Source: Saprospiraceae bacterium (GTDB lineage: Bacteria; Bacteroidota; Bacteroidia; Chitinophagales; Saprospiraceae). Taken from it: a stretch of 57,828 nucleotides of DNA. The stretch is from assembly GCA_020630525.1 (NCBI GenBank), contig JAHDBF010000003.1:1-57828 (forward strand), written 5' to 3'. Under the pieces are notes generated by a model that did not search any database, was not told the DNA's origin, and saw nothing but the letters and a program-made list of their open reading frames with translations. Below, piece by piece: positions 54,001 through 57,828 of the stretch (within the stretch, counting starts at the first letter, position 1; every line of letters begins with the position of its first letter). Made by a program: the position numbers and the translations under genes.

Positions 54001-55117
54001 ATTTGAATATTTATCACCAGGAGATTATTATTTGCAATTTAAAGCACCTGAAGGATATGAGTTAACCACTGCAAATAATGCTGAACAAGAAATGAATTCT
54101 GATGTAAATCATGAAAACGGAGACAATACCACACGCATGTATACGCTTGATTCAGGGATGACTTTAATGTCAATCGATGCTGGGTTTTTACCTTTGTCAA
54201 ATACAGCGTCGCTTTCTGGATGTGTTTTTGATGATCGAAATTTTAATGGTGTTTTCAACTTGGATGAGTTTGGAATTAATGATGTAGAGGTATTCTTAAT
54301 AGATGCCGAATCGGATTCTATAGTATCGAGCACAGTAACAGATATTCTCGGTAAATATTTTTTTGAAGAGATAATGCCTAATGATTATTACTTGTTATTT
54401 GATCCTCCTGGAATCTATACTGCTACAGAATTAACTATTCAAGATCCAATGAGTACAGATTTAAACAATGTAAATGGAGAGAATACAACTTCAGTTTTCA
54501 GTCTGGAAGCTGGTAGTAATCTTAATAGTATTCTTGCGGGATTCACCATTAATGTTACTGTCGCAGTAAATTGGATTAGCTTTTCTGGTGTTAATGATAA
54601 TAATAAAAACATATTAAATTGGACTGTTGCAGATGAAGTAAATGTTTCTCATTACGAATTAGAAAGAAGTATTGATGGGAATTCTTTTTCTATTATTGGT
54701 AAGCAAATTGCCACTGATGAAATTGGTGTAAAAAATTATTCTTTTGTTGATTATAATATAGAAGATGGGGTAAACAACTATTACAGAATAAAGCAAATAG
54801 ATTTAGAAGGAAAAAGTAATTATAGTTCAATCATTTCTATAAAATCTGATATCAAGAAATTAGAGATGAACGTTTTTCCTAACCCTACCGCTGATTTAAT
54901 TAACCTAGAACTATCTTTGGCCTCTCAGGAAGAAGTTAAAATTAAATTTTTAGATCAAATTGGAAATGAGATAATATTAGATGGATTTAAAAATGGTATT
55001 TTGTCATCAGGAAAAAATATTTTCTATTATAATTTGAGTGAATTATCAAGTGGTGTATATTTCGTAGTATTAGATTATGGAGATGGAAAAAGCACACAAA
55101 AAATCATTAAAATATAG
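51068..55117 (+). CDS. Giant secreted SprB-like / SdrD-B repeat protein E (about 1350 aa), T9SS cargo
   Basis: - The track ORF starts at TTG 51062; ATG at 51068 or 51074 gives the signal peptide MKVKFFVSLFLSISSAFMCCAQG.
- It lies only 56-62 nt after the gene D stop with no terminator between.
- The CTD starts at about 54860: LEMNVFPNPTADLINLEL..IKFLDQIGNEI..GVYFVVL..QKIIKI. Confidence 0.9.
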   Translation: MHMKVKFFVSLFLSISSAFMCCAQGTTQFCAHTKTLNYCDQSNTAQIQLNPSGGTGVYDYQWSHNSGLQSNIANDLIDDLYSITVTDTEGSFAVCLIDISSPSSIDIIDLDYENPSCGEKNGSIHIIVENPSADNMFSIDGGISFHTSSSFLELQVGTYDIVVRDINDCIDTTQIILLQENPFTAIANNIDCADDQVTIDLELNPSNDSYSYNWEGPNGFVSSSQDIVNGPLGIYVVTITNSESCEVITGFVKEDCCNSSQFCNAEINNNNCIQDHNGSIRVTPIGGVGPYIFSWSHDNSLNSSAVSGLKNGTYTVTVTDAVQCRAICTYVIQDIDVTEVVSIQNTLTDCEQSLYDVIINASNSNNNCKLEFSIDQGNSYQTINTFNDVVPGKYQVFIRDCHGCIIQEDVEIDHIPVEFNFGTSCNSDGSINIDLEPEGLPPFSIQWFGPNGFNSDDEDIVNASPGTYTVNIIDANNCTNFTSVTRRPCCEVDLFCEANLIGPICDEDNSGIISVSPSGGETPYNYFWAHDNTLNSAVATNLLSGSYTLTVVDANGCQSLCDFELESEKDICCELSVVCPSSIGPFASIEEVPIIPAEFLDDLPELNGITDWAIFESLDGSISIDFPPCGDVVISAFENVSGNGCLDNPYVIKRTFAIADEETETFCSQNITVDPIDCDAVGSIGDFVWHDLNGNGIQEINEEGIQNIAVNLYTENGFLIQSTFTNSSGNYLFENISIGNYYLVFVIPESYESTLPNALNPDLNSDVDDTFGDGSTRLLEVVGTDRIDIDLGLYMCIPVGDRIWFDINGNNQYDDSENGINGISIDIFKQNQSGTFDFYESLTSGINTSGSASPSDDGYFKACVSPGTYYLQFDMPPFGLVSAIPNIGSEETDSDVTDINGPQTTHSFTVMSGEEKCDIGAGYYAMASLGDLVWIDTNGNGMQDIGEEGLDGVTVCLIDGYTDQVIATQVTANGGQYLFEYLSPGDYYLQFKAPEGYELTTANNAEQEMNSDVNHENGDNTTRMYTLDSGMTLMSIDAGFLPLSNTASLSGCVFDDRNFNGVFNLDEFGINDVEVFLIDAESDSIVSSTVTDILGKYFFEEIMPNDYYLLFDPPGIYTATELTIQDPMSTDLNNVNGENTTSVFSLEAGSNLNSILAGFTINVTVAVNWISFSGVNDNNKNILNWTVADEVNVSHYELERSIDGNSFSIIGKQIATDEIGVKNYSFVDYNIEDGVNNYYRIKQIDLEGKSNYSSIISIKSDIKKLEMNVFPNPTADLINLELSLASQEEVKIKFLDQIGNEIILDGFKNGILSSGKNIFYYNLSELSSGVYFVVLDYGDGKSTQKIIKI
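51134..52790 (+). repeat. About 2.4 copies of a 699-nt (233-aa) three-domain supermodule containing SprB-like repeats
   Basis: - QFC at 51149 and again at 51848 (offset exactly 699 nt); CC..C boundaries at 51833 and 52532.
- Each copy starts with NGSI...P.GG.GPY.Y.WSH...L..G.Y.VTV.D..GC.
- Copies 1 and 2 then carry a FSID.G.S.. domain and a W.GPNGF.S...DIVN...G.Y.V.I domain. Confidence 0.75.
53111..54546 (+). repeat. Four SdrD B-like (Cna-B-type) repeats in protein E
   Basis: Repeat heads are GDFVWHDLNGNGIQE, GDRIWFDINGNNQYD, GDLVWIDTNGNGMQD and SGCVFDDRNFNGVFN. Each is followed by ..G.Y.F..(L/I).PG.YY(L)(Q/V)F and ..DSDV.. Confidence 0.75.
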
Positions 55118-55353
55118 AACAAATTGAGAATATTTCTGAATGCATTTATTCCAAGCCAATAATACATCTACATTGCTTTCTGAAATAATATAACTTTTGA
55201 AAAATCCATTTTAAAAAAGGTTTGGGAATCTGTAGCTGAAAATCTTGGAGGTTATATTCAGAAACAATAGCAGTAAAGGATCTTATTTTTTATTTAGGTA
55301 TTATATTCATTACTTTTATCTATGAATGTATTATTAAATAGAAAATTTGAATT

Positions 55354-55821
55354 ATGAAAGTGCAATTTTTGATTTTTTTATTTAGTCTAATATCTCTAAG
55401 TATTTCTAGTCAAGATGGGCTTGATTTAAATTATAAAATAATTGCTGAAGGGAATGATTCTCCTTTCAATAACCTTAAGATAGTCTGCTTCAATAAATAT
55501 TTTAACTTAGAATATACAAATGGATTGTTTCGACGTAAATATGGACTAAATGATAAATCCATTTATAAAAAGAAAATGCTTGCTCAAATTTTTATCGGAG
55601 AAAACGATCAAGGATTTGATCAGATTAAGATTAATCGTATAAAAGAAACACCATTTGAAATTATCATCGATTATGATATACTCAATTCAAATGTTAAAAA
55701 TGATACCGATATTATCAATCCATTCTTAATTATTCAAATCAAAAAATCTAGAAAGCCTGTTTCATTTATTGAAAATGGAATAAAGTTAACGTCGAATCAA
55801 AAATTATATATTGGCAATTGA
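55354..55821 (+). CDS. Hypothetical small secreted protein
   Basis: Signal peptide MKVQFLIFLFSLISLSISSQ. No family recognised. Confidence 0.55.
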   Translation: MKVQFLIFLFSLISLSISSQDGLDLNYKIIAEGNDSPFNNLKIVCFNKYFNLEYTNGLFRRKYGLNDKSIYKKKMLAQIFIGENDQGFDQIKINRIKETPFEIIIDYDILNSNVKNDTDIINPFLIIQIKKSRKPVSFIENGIKLTSNQKLYIGN

Positions 55822-55926
55822 GTTAAGAAGAAGTAAAGCAAAATAATGACTCTTTGGTTAACAATATTACCATTAACCAAGAACGCTTGCTTCTAAATCA
55901 GACAATTAGTTAAAGATATTCTAGAA

Positions 55927-57363
55927 ATGAAAACATATATTTTCTATTTTCAATTATTAATTTCAATATTTTGTTTTGTAGCAACCTTAAGCTCCTGCTC
56001 TAAAAAAGATAAAGTAAGGACAACTAATGTAATAGAAGAAATTACAGACGAGGGAGAAATAGAATACCTAGAAGATAGCCCAACATCATCCAAATTACTT
56101 ATGAAAAATTCCATCCTTAGATTAAACTATAAATTAAACAAAGATGCAATCAATAATACTTTTAATAGTATGATTGATTCGTTACTTGCCAATGATATGG
56201 AAGTAGAAGGCATGGATATTATTCTAAGAAAAAAAGGAAATGCTACCATAGAATTTGAAGGAAAAAATGTCTTGGTAAATTTTCCGCTTTCTATCATTGC
56301 GAGCAAAGAAACGTTTTTAAAAACAATAAAGGCGGAAGGCATTATTGACCTTTCTTTAGTAACAGCACTTGATATTGATGATGCATGGAATATGAGTTCG
56401 GAAACAAGTCTAGTAGATTATCAGTGGGTCGAAAAACCAGTGGCTAAAATGGGTATGTTTTCACTACCTATAGAAAGTATAATGAATGTAGTTATTGATA
56501 AATCTAAAGACAGAATCATAGATCAAATAGATCGGTCGATCAGAGAAGAAGTAGATCTAAGACAAAAAATGACAGAAGTCATTGCTGGAATTGCAAAACC
56601 ATTTTTAATAGATGAAAAATCTGGTACTAAACTAAAAATCGTCGCTGATACATTTATGATGACTGGCGCATTGAATAATCAAGAATGGACTACTGGAAAA
56701 ATCCAAGTAACAGGTCAGTCCATCGTTAGCCAAGACGAATCAGATTTGACAAAAAGTGAAACCAAATTTCCATCTTTTTCTTGGTATGAAGATGACAAAG
56801 AAATTTCTGATCTTTACATAAACACCTTGTTTGAATTTAAAAAAATCAATGATGTCCTCAATGAAAATTTTGTAGGTTTGTCATTCCAAGAAAATGGAAA
56901 TGAAATCACAATAAAACATCTGGAAGTAAAAGGATATGAGGATAAACTAGGCATCATCGCAGATGTAGAAGGCACTTATAATGGTCAAATATTTCTGTCT
57001 GGAATACCAGATTACAATAAGAAAAAAAAGGCTTTTACAACTAGAGATATTGAAATAAAATTATTGACAAAAAACATCTTACATAAAGCACTAGCTTGGA
57101 TGCTGAAAGGTAGGATCAAAAGTGAGTTGGATAAAATGTTACAGATTTCTTTTGGTGATTATTTAAAGGTAATACAATCTATGATCGATGAAAGAATTGG
57201 AGCAATCAACGATGCAGATAAAATTATTATTTCTGCTCAAGTTCAAGATCTAGACTTAACAAAATTCTCTTTTACAGAAGAAAATATTAATGCAATTGTA
57301 CACATTCCATTGCATCTTGCAGTTAGTGTCAAAAACATCTTCAATGCCTCCGATTTTAAGTAA
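55927..57363 (+). CDS. Hypothetical lipoprotein (possibly DUF4403-like; family uncertain)
   Basis: Lipobox-like FCFVATLSSCSKK. 478 aa of mixed alpha/beta composition. The family guess comes from size and overall pattern only. Confidence 0.55.
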   Translation: MKTYIFYFQLLISIFCFVATLSSCSKKDKVRTTNVIEEITDEGEIEYLEDSPTSSKLLMKNSILRLNYKLNKDAINNTFNSMIDSLLANDMEVEGMDIILRKKGNATIEFEGKNVLVNFPLSIIASKETFLKTIKAEGIIDLSLVTALDIDDAWNMSSETSLVDYQWVEKPVAKMGMFSLPIESIMNVVIDKSKDRIIDQIDRSIREEVDLRQKMTEVIAGIAKPFLIDEKSGTKLKIVADTFMMTGALNNQEWTTGKIQVTGQSIVSQDESDLTKSETKFPSFSWYEDDKEISDLYINTLFEFKKINDVLNENFVGLSFQENGNEITIKHLEVKGYEDKLGIIADVEGTYNGQIFLSGIPDYNKKKKAFTTRDIEIKLLTKNILHKALAWMLKGRIKSELDKMLQISFGDYLKVIQSMIDERIGAINDADKIIISAQVQDLDLTKFSFTEENINAIVHIPLHLAVSVKNIFNASDFK

Positions 57364-57503
57364 GCATGTCAACTTACTCAATTGGTCTCAAGAAATTCTC
57401 TTAAAATAAGAGAATACAAGCTAATATCTACACAAAAAAGTTAATTTTACGGTTTATTTTTTTGAAATTTAGACTAAGCTAAGTCTTTTAAAATCAAGTA
57501 CAT

Positions 57504-57828
57504 ATGTTTAAATACTTTTTAGGGAATAGCCCAAAATGGTTTAAGATTACAATTTTAGCCTTCCTTGTATTTAATGTCTTATCATATTATATGCTTGGTC
57601 CTGTAGTGACTGCATGGATTTTTATCGCGGAATTTATTTTTACACTAGCAATGGCTTTAAAATGTTATCCATTACAATCTGGTGGTTTACTGGCGATACA
57701 AGCAGTAGCACTTAACTTAACGACTGCAAAACATGCATATCATGAGGTAGAAGCTAACTTAGAAGTTATCCTTCTTTTGGTATTTATGGTCGCTGGTATA
57801 TATTTTATGAAGCCATTATTGATGTACA
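57504..57828 (+). CDS. nhaB: 5' end of Na+/H+ antiporter NhaB (partial; continues beyond the window)
   Basis: [25 protein letters not shown]....[35 protein letters not shown] matches the conserved NhaB N-terminus ([28 protein letters not shown]). Confidence 0.75.
   Translation, partial: MFKYFLGNSPKWFKITILAFLVFNVLSYYMLGPVVTAWIFIAEFIFTLAMALKCYPLQSGGLLAIQAVALNLTTAKHAYHEVEANLEVILLLVFMVAGIYFMKPLLMY

Noticed and set aside
28248-55117. Interpretation as a polysaccharide-degrading cellulosome, a PUL, or a polymorphic toxin (Rhs/YD, CDI-like) locus.
   Set aside because: - No glycoside hydrolase, CBM-enzyme fusion, SusC/SusD pair, Rhs/YD repeats, C-terminal toxin domain or small immunity-like gene pairs were recognised.
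- All C-termini are T9SS sorting domains rather than toxin tips.

Overview
This is an AT-rich chromosomal segment (roughly one-third G+C by eye, not computed). It looks like a marine Bacteroidota genome. The evidence is T9SS C-terminal sorting domains on many secreted proteins, TAnnTTTG -7 promoter boxes, DUF3467 and DUF3127 genes, and a ClpP with the phylum-typical N-terminal extension.

About half of the window is ordinary housekeeping: the hppA 3' end, yjbQ, a LysE exporter, ruvB, bcp, an M23 peptidase, meaB plus a short mutA-like gene, iscS-iscU-iscA, a metal ABC permease fused to a DtxR-type repressor, fur, rel/spoT, tRNA-Leu(TAG), tig-clpP-clpX and the nhaB 5' end.

The other half (about 31 kb) encodes five giant cysteine-rich secreted proteins. 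One lies at 1015-5217 (A). Four are consecutive at 28248-55117 (B 1460 aa, C 3839 aa, D 2129 aa, E 1351 aa).

- A-D share a colinear core of roughly 1000 aa built from HYR-like Ig modules.
- A-D also share the same C-terminal cassette of about 400 aa: CarboxypepD_reg-like, dockerin-like EF-hand pair, cohesin-like domain, T9SS CTD.
- They differ in their N-terminal heads (SdrD-B, DUF11, an unknown 410-aa domain) and in nested inserts (a C-type lectin in C, an unknown 145-aa insert in D).
- E is SprB-like repeats plus SdrD-B repeats plus a CTD.

I consider this giant T9SS-cargo locus, with a dockerin-like and a cohesin-like domain on the same polypeptides and no enzymes, the best candidate for an undescribed surface assembly or adhesion system. 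I saw no mobile elements, CRISPR arrays, integrases or known defence genes. All domain calls come from motif recognition by eye; no searches were run.
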